Assembly (NCBI GenBank): GCA_905178155.1
Contig: CAJINV010000003.1
Span: 517,091-581,090 of the forward strand
Direction of reading: 5' to 3'
From: Amoebophrya sp. A120
Lineage: Eukaryota > Protista > Dinoflagellata
DNA: 64,000 nt
The notes below the pieces were generated by a model that worked only from the letters and a program-made list of their open reading frames with translations, was not told where the DNA came from and searched no databases. Position numbers and translations under genes: made by a program. Below are positions 23,345 to 35,947 of this stretch, piece after piece; position 1 is the stretch's first letter; each line of letters opens with the position of its first letter.

Positions 23345-24165
23345 CTATGGGCACCTTTCCGCACTTGTAATGCGGAAAGGCCACCTTTCCGCATTTGTAA
23401 TGCGGAGAACCGGAGGCGCGGTCTTTCACTTTCTCCAACCGGAGGAAGCGGAGTTTGCGAATTTGTGGCGCGGCTTTTCTCCTGCGGGGAGAAAAGCTGC
23501 ATCTGCATCCGGCTGGTTTTCCAATTTTGTAATGCAGTTTTTCTCCACCCGACCGCTCGAGCGGAGAAAAACCGCGCGCAAAACAAGTAGCTTTGCGCGC
23601 GAAAAAACGGGCACAAGCCCTATGAAAAGCGCAGCTTCTACCCCGTCCGGAGCGGGAAAAGTTGTAAGCGGGTGGAGCCCCATTTGCTTCCTCATTCTCG
23701 TAGGTCGCTAGTTTCATTCTCGTGGCACTAAATGCTCTTTCTGGGGTCAAATTGTATTTTGTCCGTTCATAAGCCATCGCCGTTCTCTCAAGTTCTGTGG
23801 GACAATCTGACTACTAAAAACCTCGCGGTAGCTGGGGGGCGTTCTAGTCTTCGGTCTAGTTCGTCGCCCTCTACCAGGCCTGTACTACCTGAAAGCAGAA
23901 CTTCGGCTAGGGCAACAAGATCACATCAAGCAGCATCCGCGAGCAGCATCCGAACCGAGAGTAGTCAGCCGGGCCATTTCTGAAGGCGCTGCGAGGTGGG
24001 CGGAGAGGCATCACGCTAGCAGTTGGACGGGAGCAAGGCCAGCGTTCTTCTGTGTGATGTTCGTCGTATACTGTCCTGCCTAGTTCAACTATGTAGGTTA
24101 TCTCTCTCTCTCTCTCAAGTTCTGTGGGACAAGGACACTGAACCTGTGGGACAATGACACTGAAC

Positions 24166-24799
24166 CGATGGTATTATTGTTGTTGGTGTTGGAACTGGAT
24201 GAAGGGTCGGCATTTTTGTTCTCACTGTCGGCACCGGTTTTTGCGGACTGTTTGGCGATCAGAGAATTGTAGCGCTTGTCGCTCTGCTGCTGCACGAGTT
24301 TGTTGATCGCCTTGGCGGGATCGCTGCCCAAAGCTCTGCATTCCGCGGTAGTGTGGGTGTTGTTGTAGCCGTGGAAGGCGCAATACTTGTTGCCCTTCCC
24401 CCCTTGCTGATTGTTGTTCTTACCCTTTTTACCGCTGCCTTTGTTCTTCTTACCGCCCTTGTTTTTGCCGTTGTTTTTGTTGTTGAAGTTGTTTCTGCCC
24501 CACTTGTTCGAAGCGGAATCGACACCGTTCCAAAACGCAACCACCTGGTCATCCTTACTGGTGGCCTTAGTGCCGTCGGGATTGGCGGTGGACTGTTTGT
24601 AGAACCGCTCTAAATGCGCCTTCACATTGTCGGCCGCGAAGCCCGACTTTTTCCCGTGGGTTTCGCTCGCAAGCCGGTCCACGAGCTGTCGCTCGTTGTT
24701 CTCGTCCATCCCCGACGACTTCAAGTACAAGAACCCCAACAATGTGTCGGGCAGTTCCCACTCGGTCAGCTCGGCCCAGTAGGAATCCAGCTTCTGCAT
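24166..24799 (-). mobile_element. LTR-retrotransposon gag-like fragment, truncated
   Basis: LPDTLLGFLYLKSSG helical region, G/K/N-rich linker and a Zn-knuckle-like CAFHGYNNTHTTAEC. Cut off by the exon-end repeat; no pol or LTR seen. Confidence 0.6.
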
Positions 24800-25205
24800 C
24801 CGCTCATCTACTTTTACGAAACCGAGTCAAGACGAAGTAGATAGTGTTACTGTTTCCGACGGGGTGGGTAGTCATTTACGGGAATAGGGATTTAACTTTA
24901 AGAAATTCAGGCTCTCCACCAATGTTGGACCGACTCTAGGAACACGCGAAGGAGTTCATAAACGGACCGCGTTCATTGATTGATATACCCACAAAAGACT
25001 GTCAATTTGAGATGTACAGAAGTTGTTCATTTTCATTTCTTGCGTCGCAGATTTCCTTTTCCTCGCATGAGAAACTCATTGCGTAAAAAACAAGAAAAAA
25101 CGTTTTCACGAAAAAAAGGTTTATGACAGAACTTGTTTCTTCACAGACTCAATGTGGGAACACAATCGCCGTTCTCTCAAGTCCTGTGGGACAAGGACAC
25201 TGAAC

Positions 25206-25366
25206 TATGCATTGCAAAAGTATCGTACTCGTATAAATGCATTACAAATGTCCTCGGCATTACAAAGGTAAATTTGTAATGCGGATCCGGATTCGCCTTG
25301 ATTGCTAGATTTGTAATGCATGACTGCGATTACTACGAGACGAGTACGATACTTTTTCACAGGATA
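25206..25366. mobile_element. Introner-like TIR element 7 (family D)
   Basis: TATGCATTGCAAAAGTATCGTACTCG...CGAGTACGATACTTTTTCACAGGATA. DR TGAAC. Homologous to 26757-26905. Confidence 0.9.
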
Positions 25367-25371
25367 TGAAC

Positions 25372-25484
25372 TACCTGAAGGAGGCGCGGACGAAGAGGTG
25401 GAACAAGGAGAGGCCCTGCCGGTAGAAACGCCCGTCGTTCAGCATCCGGAAACAATACCCGTGTCGCCGCGGCAGGAGGGGTAA
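25372..25484 (+). CDS. Displaced terminal exon of the lipase gene
   Basis: Follows the right-hand TGAAC DR and is in frame with the lipase: (L)PEGGADEEVEQGEALPVETPVVQHPETIPVSPRQEG*. Confidence 0.65.
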
Positions 25485-26585
25485 AAGTGGATAGTTTCCA
25501 AGTACACCTGATTTTTTAGGTAAAGTACGATCGATAGGTCGGAGATAACTGACGCTAAGCCTAAACGTTTCATTCTGGACAAAAGTCGCATTTGATATAG
25601 CACCATCACAGATGCGAGTGGTTGTGGTGTTCCAGTTCTTAAATGCCTGACGCAACTGCTTAGTGGTAAACCTGCTGCTAGACGAAGCAGGAGCTGGCGT
25701 GAATAGTAATGTACTAAAAAAAAACTTCTAGAACTAGATCTAGTCGGTCGAAGATTTTGCAGAAACACATACTCTTCGCGGCCCCGCAGTGAGGAGTTCA
25801 CCATTTTCTACCTTTTGCTTTTCCTGGAGGACATTCTGAGAAATGAACATGCTGATGCTAATAGTTGTATCAGAAACACAAAGAAACACATTGTTGTTGT
25901 GGCTGTTGAAACAGAGAACAAGAGGTGTCACTACAATACCACGAGGAAGAGAAGCACGACCGCGCACTGAAGTGCAACAGAAAAAAGCGAGAAATAAACA
26001 AATCTCAAAATATTGCAGTGTTGACATAACGAAGCTTCGGTCCACTACCCTTTCTTGTCTAGGATGTCGCATTGAGAAAAATGACACTACCAGCTGTAGT
26101 ACACGAGCACGAGGCGTTATTGTTTATTCGTTTCAGATTCAGGTGACCTTCCGTACCCGTTCACTTGATGGATGTCTTTGCAGGCGGCACCAGCCGCATC
26201 AAGTACTGTATTGTAAATGCGGATGATCATGATCTAAAACTAAAAGAGAGATGATGAAAGGAAATAAAACAGGGCCCAGAAGAAGTCGAGCTTCGCGATA
26301 CAGCCTAGTACAACCAACGGGCAAATCTACAACTGAATAGGAGTTGTTCTTTTTCATTTTGTTTCCTACGACTCCACTTCTTTCCCCCACCTCATTTGCA
26401 CCCTTTTTATTTTACCCCATTTACACTCAATTAGGTTTCTCAAGGTCAAGACCCGATTGTCCTCGTCGTAGTAAGTTTGCTACAAGAAAAATCTAGATCT
26501 ACCTCTTGATATTGCTTCGACCACGGCAATAAAATTGTAAGTACATTATTGTCGAGCCTCCTGCATAGCCATAGGACCAAAAATC

Positions 26586-28707
26586 ATGACGGCGTCCTCT
26601 ACTGCACAGCAGCAGGCTGCGGCCAGCAACGGGTCCACCTCCAGTGGCTCCGAAAGTGGTGCGCACCACCAGCAGCACCAGCAGCAAGTCGTCACCTTTC
26701 TGAGAGGGACGGACAAGTTGAAGACGGGTTTGGCGGAGATGCTAAAGGGGGGCGTGTATGAATTGCAAAAGTATCGTACTCGTATAAAGGCATTACAAAT
26801 TTTCTTAGCATGAGAAGCAAAACATGTAGTGCGGATTTACCTTAAGAAAAATATTTGTAATGCAAGACTTGCATGTATACGAATACGAGATTTTTGCACA
26901 GGATAGCGTGATCATGGACGTGATGAACGTGGAGCAGGCCAAGATTGCCGAGGCCGCCGGTGTATCAAATGCAAAAATGTCTGGGTCTGGACAAATGCAA
27001 CTTGTGATGCTGCATTTGGATGTCTAAAAAATTTATGTTGCATGAGCAGCAAAAGACTTCTAATTTTTGCTACGCGGAGAGGGCATTTGTCAGGCGGAAT
27101 AGTCATTACTTAAGAATCCCTCAAAAAGAAAAAACCTGTGACGCTAGGGCATGCATCACAGACATCATGGCTCATGCAAACCGTGCATGACAAGTCTGGT
27201 CTCAGAATCTTTCAGACCCAGACACTTTTGCATTTGATACGGTGCCTGCGCGGTGATGGCGTTGGAGCGGATTCCGGCGGATATTCGCAAGGACCAGGGG
27301 GTGGCCCGAGCGTCAGATCCGAAGATGATCAAGGATATCATAGCGGCGGTCAGCATTCCCGTCATGGCCAAGGTGCGCATCGGCCACTTCGTGGAGGCAC
27401 AGGTTTTGGAAGCCATCGGAGTGGACTACGTCGACGAATCGGAAGTCTTAACCATTGCCGACGTCGACCACCACATCGATAAGACCAAGTACAGAGAAGT
27501 TATCTGGCGGCTACTTGTTTTTCAAAATCTGTTAGTTGTGCAGCTGTCGTTTTCCTCTTGTTTCTTCCACCTTAACATTGTCTTGGTCTGGTCACGATTT
27601 TTTTTTTGTTGCTGCGACCACATCGGACGACCTCTGTGGTCTACTCACTTTAGTTTTAAAAGCATTATGTGATGATAAGTATTTCGATTCGATTCGTGAA
27701 GCAAGAATTATCTCAGCTCATCTTCATCATGCGTTCCTTGTTACAACTACAGGTTCACTACCCCCTTCGTATGCGGGTGTCGCAATCTGGGCGAAGCGCT
27801 GCGACGCATCTCAGAGGGCGCCTCCATGATTCGGACCAAGGGCGAGGCCGGCACTGGCGACGTGGTGGAAGCGGTGCGGCACATCCGGACGCTGCACCGA
27901 GAAATTCGGCAGTTGCAGGCCCTTAATGACGATGAGGTGTACCATTTTGGCAAGACGCACGGCGCAGACGTGTCCCTCCTGAAGCAGGTACTACCGAAGC
28001 TTATTAAGCTTAAGCTTTACTTTGTTGAATTCTGCCAAGTGAAAATTAATTGTAGCAGACGTCATCGCCCACGCCCTGATTTTGAGCAGAAGCCGAGTCC
28101 GAGGCTCGTAGTACTTTCAGTAAGGTAGAAGTAAGTGTCGCGTTCCACCCGGCGTTTTGACGCCACTGAGTCTGGCGCTCTCAATGCAGTGTTGTTCGCT
28201 TGCATTTTCGTCATCCGAGCTTTTGAAGAAGTTCTGCCTTTCGTTGTATACTTGATGCCTCGTCTCCTGTTCGGAACAACGAATGAAGTGCCTAATTGAA
28301 CCCGATGAATAAAGGTGCGCAAGCTCGGCAGATTACCGGTGGTGAATTTCGCGGCGGGAGGTGTCGCGACCCCGGCCGACGCGGCGCTGTGCATGCAACT
28401 GGGGGTGGACGGCGTCTTCGTCGGGTCCGGCATTTTCAAGTCTACCGATCCGGCGCCCCGGGCGCGCGCAATCGTGGAGGCGGTCACGCACTACAAGGAC
28501 CCCAAAGTGTTAGCCAAGGTTTCCGAGGGGCTGGGCACGCCGATGACCGGTATTGGCTGCGACCACCTGAGCACGCACTGGGCCAAGCGCGAGTCAGGAA
28601 ACCTGGAGGAACACCAGGGCGGGCACAGCGGACCGGCACTGAAAAAGATGAAGGGCACCGAGCTCGAAGCCGCGGTAGCCGGCGCCTTGCGCGCGCACGG
28701 AGCCTGA
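26586..28707 (+). CDS. PDX1: Pyridoxal 5'-phosphate synthase subunit PDX1
   Basis: [45 protein letters not shown] and [20 protein letters not shown]. Exons 26586-26756, 26911-26962, 27245-27488, 27753-27987, 28315-28707. Confidence 0.97.
26757..26905. mobile_element. Introner-like TIR element 8 (family D)
   Basis: TATGAATTGCAAAAGTATCGTACTCG...TTTTTGCACAGGATA. DR GCGTG. Removal restores KGGVIMDV. Confidence 0.92.
26963..27239. mobile_element. Introner-like TIR element 9 (family A termini)
   Basis: TIR TATCAAATGCAAAAaTGTCTGGGTCTG. DR CGGTG. Removal restores the conserved AEAAGACAV; no AG at the 3' junction. Confidence 0.95.
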
Positions 28708-30184
28708 GTCATGCACGCATCCTTTTGGTGTCAAAAATGATGAAAATAAAGCGAGTATAAAGAAATGAGCAATGTGTGAGTGTATTCATGTTACTTCTTA
28801 CCACTACTCAAGAAAGTGCTGTCTACCCGTTTTTCGCGAGATGGATTTTTTTGTTTTTTTTTGCCACACAAAAAACAGAAGATGTCTTTTCTTTTCATAT
28901 AATCTGCGTTCTTCCGCTGCAAATAGTAGTTCCATGAATCTAGTATTTCTTCCATGATCATGTCGAACGTGAACATCGCCATCGCGTACTACCCTACCTA
29001 GATGTTTGAATCTAAGTCATGACATTGCAGTGCACTTTTTTTGGTTGAGCATTTCTTGCATGATGTCAACGTGTAAAGTCCTCATGATGGCGATTTTTTA
29101 CCACTCGCTGCGACAAGAACTCCGCCCAGCAACGGAAACGAATGTTTTAAAATGCGAATCAAACAATTATTGCAAACTCAAAAATCTCCGCGTGAACCCA
29201 TCGACTTCAGGCGACCGTGCTCTATCGGTCGAAATATTTTTACGACCTCGAAATAGCCAGACGGCGATTCATAGGTACAATAAGTTGAACGAATGCGAAG
29301 ATCTCTATCTTCGATTTGAGCACGGCTTCCCTCGTGGAAGCGCGTGAAGCAGCAAAGTTTCGACGCGTTCATCTTCCCGGCTGATTTTATGTTGTCGTTG
29401 TTTCCGGTGAAACTGAATGATTCTCTTCCTCTTCGAGCGAATTGGAGATGTTCGTTGAGTGGATGCACTAGCAGTTTAGCGAAGTAAAACTGTAGCGGCT
29501 GCGACCGGGGCCGGCGATACAACGAGGCACACTACTAGGAAATGACTTCCATCTCCGACAAGAGGAAGAATGACATGACGACGGTGTTCGTTGCGCTAGA
29601 CCACTACTTGGCACCACTGAGAGATCACCAAAGATTGGGCTTCAAATTTCTACCAAAACTATGCATGATCATAAAGCAGCACTGCGTGTGCGCTCGTCGT
29701 AGGACGAACACGAATCAGAAGCAATTTATTTTTTTGCGTTGTCATAGACCACATGATGGCTAGAATATGAATTTGGATACCAAAAAGCGCTTTTTACTTG
29801 TACGTGAACTGCGTTCAATTTCAACTCAGCGATTGCACGAAAAAAACAAACAACATAATGCAAAGCGTTAAACTACATTCACACATAGACACTCTACGTT
29901 CTACTTAGCCATCCTTTACGCTTTTTCTATTTTTCAAATTCAGTAGAAGGCAGTTTCTGTTTTCAAATTCAAACACTCAGTCACACTTTCTAGTTCTACC
30001 ACTACATGCCACAGAAAAACAACAACAGGTCGGGCTTTCGCGCCTCAGCAAGTAAAAATATCACAGTTCATATCATGCTTGAGTAAAAATGACGACCACT
30101 TCTATTGGTACTAGCATCAAGAGGAGGACAACTTCTTTGTCACCAGATCGCGAAATTATTTACACGACCTGCAAACGACAGAAA

Positions 30185-30913
30185 ATGAGCGACCCTGTGG
30201 ATCTACTGGCGAGCCTGAAGTACGAAAACGACGACGGCGTTTTCCAATACGAGAGCCATGAGGCGCTTCCGGACACGAGGAGAAACCTGTACGCACGCCT
30301 GAAGCCCGACCCATTTGCCGGTGGCGACCCGATCTACTCCGTCACTGCTAAAGGCGAAGACGGGACCATCCGCGAATTCTTCGTCCTCTGCAGACCGGGC
30401 GCGGGGGCAGATCCGGAAATTCTCACCCACGAGTGCGGCATCACCGCCATGGACGTGTGTCCCAGCGAACTGGTCGAGTACCAGTTTGAAAAGCCGTGCG
30501 ACGAGTGGAACGTGTCTGTGAGCTCGAAAGACGGGATCGACATGTACCTGCAGAGCAAGTTTGGCGCGTGGCACAAGCAGCTGCACAACCCCACCTGTGA
30601 GGCGGAATTCCGGCGCATGCTGCAGAACGGGCTGGTGACCACGATGTACGACCGGATGCTGTTCAAAACCCCGGACGCACTGAAGGAAAAGTACGAGGTG
30701 GTGGACGAGCGGAACGGCAAGACCTTGCACCTGCCCCACCCCGTGGCCGCGCTCCGCATCTGGGACCCCGCAGCCAAGACCTACACGCCAATAGACCCAC
30801 GACTCCCGGGCGCGCCGCCAGCGGGGGAAGAAGAAAAGTACTGGACGGAGCTGCTGGACGCGTTTCGAAAAGAGCGCGGTGAGGAATACATCAACTCGAT
30901 GTTCACTTCTTAA
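30185..30913 (+). CDS. Hypothetical protein, intronless
   Basis: 242-aa ORF with strongly GC3-biased codons and globular-looking composition. Function not recognised. Confidence 0.75.
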   Translation: MSDPVDLLASLKYENDDGVFQYESHEALPDTRRNLYARLKPDPFAGGDPIYSVTAKGEDGTIREFFVLCRPGAGADPEILTHECGITAMDVCPSELVEYQFEKPCDEWNVSVSSKDGIDMYLQSKFGAWHKQLHNPTCEAEFRRMLQNGLVTTMYDRMLFKTPDALKEKYEVVDERNGKTLHLPHPVAALRIWDPAAKTYTPIDPRLPGAPPAGEEEKYWTELLDAFRKERGEEYINSMFTS

Positions 30914-33248
30914 CCTCCGCATAGAATGAACAATTTCATCAAGTTGCGGCGCGCATAATTTTCGCAACGGCGACGCCGGTCAGATCATTGCCTTCCACCT
31001 CCACTAGCGACACGTGACGTATAGGTGAAGCAGTCGAAGATGCGCCTGTAGTGTACCGACACTCACTGGAGTCCGAGAATCACAAGTACCATATAGATCT
31101 TGTTGGTTTTTTTTACTGTTGCGAATCGGCCTTCCCCTTCCTCCGTTTGAAACGTTCAATCAAAATCAACAATGCAGGGCCATCACCTCCTTCAACTGAA
31201 ACTGTTTCTGCGCACTTTGTGCCTCATCCCCATCAGAGTCTCGACTGTATTGGCCCGCAACCTGCACAGAACTAGAGTGGTTTGAAAACAATTTACTTAG
31301 GAAAAGATGATGATTCACATCGAATAAATCTTCAACCTGAGCATCTTTTATTCGACATAGATTTTTTCAAGCTTCTACATGCTCATGCTGCTCCCTCTCT
31401 GCTCTTTATCAGCAATCGCTATCACTCCTTCTTTAGATATGACATGGTCATGCATGACCGTAAGAAACCGTGACAAGGTGCGATCAATGACTTCCAAGAG
31501 AAAGCCCATTGTGTATTTCTATATTTTTTTTCGCAACATGAAGACAAAAACTGAGGATGCACAACAAAGACAGAACACCAGCACGCTGGAAGGACTTGGA
31601 GTAGCGAAGTACTTATGGATACATCCAGACGAGTGAGAACGGTGCATCATGCTGATGATCAAGGAGACAGGAGAATGAAGCACGTCGCAGGTAGTCTAGT
31701 ACAGCAGAAGAATTCATCTCTCCATCGTTGGAAGACGACTTGCTTATTGGTGCCGCCACCGCGCCGTCCACGACGAGGTGTGGCGACAGTCAGTCTCTAT
31801 CTGTCATCTTCGGATGCTTTTTGCAGAGAAAAATCTCTCCGGATAAGGAGCCGAAGTCAGGCCACAGCGGTGTGTTCTGGTGATGAATCTTGTGTCTGCT
31901 ATCAGACAGGGGTTTGTGCCTTTGCTGAGCGCTTCATCTCTCTCGGGGTCCGCCAACGTCAACGCTAGGGCTGTACCACCACGAAACAGAATGAAAAGAT
32001 CAATATCTTCACTACAGTTCAGCCTCGCGCCATCAAGGCATTTGCGCGTGCACCTGTACGAACGGAGCATCTTCAACTTGTGAAGAACTCGCAAAAGAAG
32101 CAGAAGCAGAGGGATAAAGTGTCTACTAAAATTGATGAAAGATGAAAAACATAGAAGCGCTTCGAGGAAGCTGCGATGTCTCATTACATTTGATCGACCA
32201 ACTTTTTGCACAACGTCATGCGTCTTTGTTTCTGAACAGTCAACAAGAGGAAAAGGAAAAGCATCCGCACGACGTGGGTGCTGAAGGTGGTCGCAAAGTT
32301 TTTGACTCAGTTGCGCCAGCCGGAGTAGAACAAGACACAGATCAGCAGCTGCCTTTTCCACCTTTGATCACAACTTTCTTTGGCTGTATTTTTTTATGGC
32401 GTCCGGTTTTAATTTGTTTCATCATTTTTGATTTTGTACTCTGGTTATTTGCACTCTAGCAGGGCAACGATAACATTCAAGTATGTACACAATTATGAGT
32501 CGGCTTCGAAGAAGTCTTCAATTAGAAGTCGCACGAAGACGAAGTAGAAGAGGTGGTATGCTAAATATGTCCGTCAAGCAAGGCGTAAGTGGACAGGACT
32601 GTGCCGGGAATATGACAGATTAGAGCGACTTTCTGTACTACGTTCTCGTCGTGGGAAAATACAAACACAAAGTAGGTGTAGGTCAGCGATCCACATATAA
32701 TGTGGCTCACTGTTTTTGATTTTGCACTGTATATCATAAGGCTGTTGTGCATGGTGTAGTAGAAAACCAGAGAAGAACTCTCTGGGGATAGGACCTACGC
32801 GACTCCTCTTTGATACCCGGCCAAAACAGTTTTGGACATTCGATTTGTGGTCGGCCCCCCGGAAGAACAAAACCGTACGGCTGCTACTCTACCAGTATCC
32901 CGTTCCGTGATTCTCCGGAAACTACGGCAACGCGGCTTGGACCGCTTGAGATGGAACCGGAACGGTGTACCAGTGGTCTGCGTAGGTAGTACGGCTAAAC
33001 CTCCAACTACAACCCAGTGAACTTCGTCGCCTGAAACGAAACCCAAAAAAGTACTTTGTAGGACAAAGGCTCAGTCCCGGTCTTGCAGTCGGAAGTATGC
33101 AAATAGTCCCCTGAAAGCACCAGCCTTGCCCCTCCTTCCTCCCTGCGTGTAGTCATCTTCGTGGAACTCTACTAGAGTACTTCATCTACCTGTTTGGCGA
33201 TTTTCACCAAGAAGCACCCGTTGGTTTTTAAACACCGCGCTCGAAATT

Positions 33249-35376
33249 ATGCCAGACGGTGGTGGCGCGGCCCCCGCAATGGACGAAGAAGTCGAGAGGC
33301 CGAAGAAGGTGCCGAAAATCTCGGAGCCTTCTTTTGGCAGTATCCCGGGAACCAAACTACAAAGTATCTATAAATATGATTCTGTGAATAACAAGTATCG
33401 AAATCAATTGTACAGTGTTTTTCCAGCTGCAAGATAGACCTTGATGCCTTTTTTTTTCCTCTGAACATCATGTCCAAAAAGGGATCCGATCTACTTCCGA
33501 CGCATCAAAAATATACAACCACAGGGCGGTACCAGAAGGACTTGAAACCCGATGACACGTTATTCTTCATCGAGGCGGACTCGCCAAGTCTCATGAAGCG
33601 TGTCGTGGAAGTCCTTCTGCTCCAGGTGAACGAGATCAATATGGAAGTCAATCCGGAGGAGGGAATCAGCATCAGAGGTGTGTTGATGCATTTTTTACGT
33701 TTTCTTGAGTCGTTGATGATGTAGTTGAGGTTGCGTAATACACATCGGCTGTGAGGTATGAGGACCTCCATGACACCACATTATAATATACCTTGATGGA
33801 TCTGAAACTGAATGCCACGATTCCGCGTCCTACTTTGGTCCCAGCAGCATCGAGGGGGGAGGGCTTTTCCTTTTCCTGGCATCCATAGGCTGCCAGTCGG
33901 AGAGGAAGTGAAATTTTCCATTGTTGGCCGCGTTTTCTTGTATTTGCAGCAAGCGGAGAGCTGCACCCGATGAAAAAACTTGCAGGTATGGAATCAAGTC
34001 AGATTGCGTTGATTGATGTGAATCTGTCGAAGCGAAACTTCGTCACATGGAACGTAAATCGCCCCGTGTCAGTTGGCGTCAACCTGCAGGTCATGCGGGA
34101 CATGCTCAAGTCAGGTACAGACACTCCCTATTGGATTTCGTTGCAGGAAGATGAATCCAGTGTGGATATTTTTGTTGGAGGATTTTGCTCACCTTGACCT
34201 GCTCCACTTGCATCAGTCGGAGCAGCGGAGAAGTAGTAAGTCTGTCTATTTGTACTGCTTAAGTTTAAGTGTCTTGTCCTGTTTCTTTACCGATCGCGTT
34301 CACGATTTTTTCGAAAGATGAACAACTCTTCAGGGCAAAGCGACGACTTCTGGCGCATGTACCAGTATCCCGACGACGAATACATTCACATGCAAATTTT
34401 TTCTAGGAGAAACAGTATGGCGAAGCTCGACTTTCAATGGAAATCCATGGATATTGACATGGAAAACATCGAGGCCCCAAGTGTACTTCTACTTTTTACG
34501 TTTTATTTGGGTCACGTGATGTTTCTGTTCGCTGACTCTGAGTCTGACTTGCCATTGCGTCGTTCTGAAATAACGAACAATTCGGTTTTTCATGTTCTTC
34601 GCTGAAGATGCAAGCTTCCAGGTGGTTGCTCCACTTTTTAGGAACGCGACCGGTTGCAAGTTGTTAAGTACATCAGCCCCACGGAGAAGTGCGTGCTCAC
34701 GAAAGGAGCACCTTGCTATTGATTTTGCGTGCATAAAACTACTTACACATGATCACAGGAACTGTGCGCCGGCGAGCCGTCTGTGGTGATGGCAAGTTGG
34801 CGTTTCAAGGAGCTGATGTCTGAGTTCAAGGCGATGGGGGACAACCTGGAAGTGTGCCTGAATCCTTCGCACCTAACCTGGCACGTCACCGAGCCCGGCA
34901 AGCGCGTGATTGACTACTGGCACGACTCCCGGCAGGACCCAGAAGGTAGTCGTGTGATGATCTCACTTGGGGAGAACGACGAGCTCAGGGGCTGGAAGAA
35001 AACCTTTGGTCTCAAGCATTTGGACATCTTTTCCCGGGGAAGCTCCTTGGCCGGGAAAATCAAGATATGGCTCTGTATTTTTACCTGTTGCATTCGTTTG
35101 ACTCTAGTTTAAGTTTTTATTTTTGTGTTTTCTGCATCGAACCGCCGCTTGTGTTTGATGTGATGAAAGCGCCGAAATGTTGTATACTGCATTCATCTGT
35201 TGTTCATTCTTGAACGCCAAACGAACCTGCTACGTCAAAAAATTACTACAGTTCATCAACACCCAGCATGCTACCATTACGACATAGAAGACGACCCCAC
35301 CCTTGGCTGGGCGCGGTTCTGGCTTGCACCTTTCGCCGATAGCAACGTGGGAGGTGGAAACGAAGGAGGGGGATAA
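33249..35376 (+). CDS. Divergent PCNA-like sliding clamp, multi-exon, start uncertain
   Basis: Exon peptides align by eye with PCNA: GMESSQIALIDVNL, RPVSVGVNLQVMRDMLKS, KSMDIDMENIEAP, TFGLKHLDIFSRGSSLA and GWARFWLAP. GT-AG introns at 33678-33985, 34115-34333, 34483-34758 and one near 35074-35251. Confidence 0.75.
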
Positions 35377-35947
35377 AAAACACGACAAAAAGTAGTGGGG
35401 CCTTGTAGTTGCGATCATGGACATTCAAACTTCATCCCAGATTCTCGAAAGTGACCGACGAGACGCCTGTTTTTCATTGGTAAAAAGAAGCTACTGTAGC
35501 CGTACGGCACTACATCTACAGCACGGAGCCCAAGGCTGATTTTTCGCGGAAGAAAAAGAAGTAGAACAAAGCTGCACATAATTCTGTTGCGGCTTTCTCT
35601 TTCAACATTACCCTCCGTCGTTCACGCGACGTAGGGCCTCTGTGACGGGTCCGTGCTCCGTGCCGATAAAAAATCAAAGTGAGAGAGAGTGGCAGAATCA
35701 AATACGTTTGTTGGTTGTTGAAGTGAGTGGTAGAATGCGGGAGGACACGACGAGTGTTTCATTTGATTTCTCTTCTGTTTGCCTCAGAAGTGCATTGCTC
35801 CACTGTTCGTGTGCACCGCGCCCTGCTGCATTTGTCGTACTTAAGTTTTTGGCATTAAGAATGAGAAGTGTAAGTTTGCATAATGTGTGATCACCTGCTA
35901 CAGCTACATTTTGATTTTGGTTCATCTTCCTAGTCCGCAGAATAACG

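Larger units (their letters stand above)
22042..25205 (+). repeat. Dispersed direct repeats of the lipase exon end (AGCCATCGCCGTTCTCTCAAGTTCTGTGGGACAAGGACACTGAAC)
   Basis: Copies at 22042-22086, 23772-23805, 24111-24143 (plus a tandem 22-mer at 24144-24165) and 25165-25205. Confidence 0.95.

Noticed and set aside
22042-25205. True CRISPR array
   Set aside because: Eukaryotic context, no cas genes, unequal repeat lengths, 0.3-1.7 kb spacers, and the repeat is host exon sequence. Kept only as an analogy.
31000-33200. Short ORFs in the intergenic region
   Set aside because: No motifs, no codon bias and no consistent exon chain visible.
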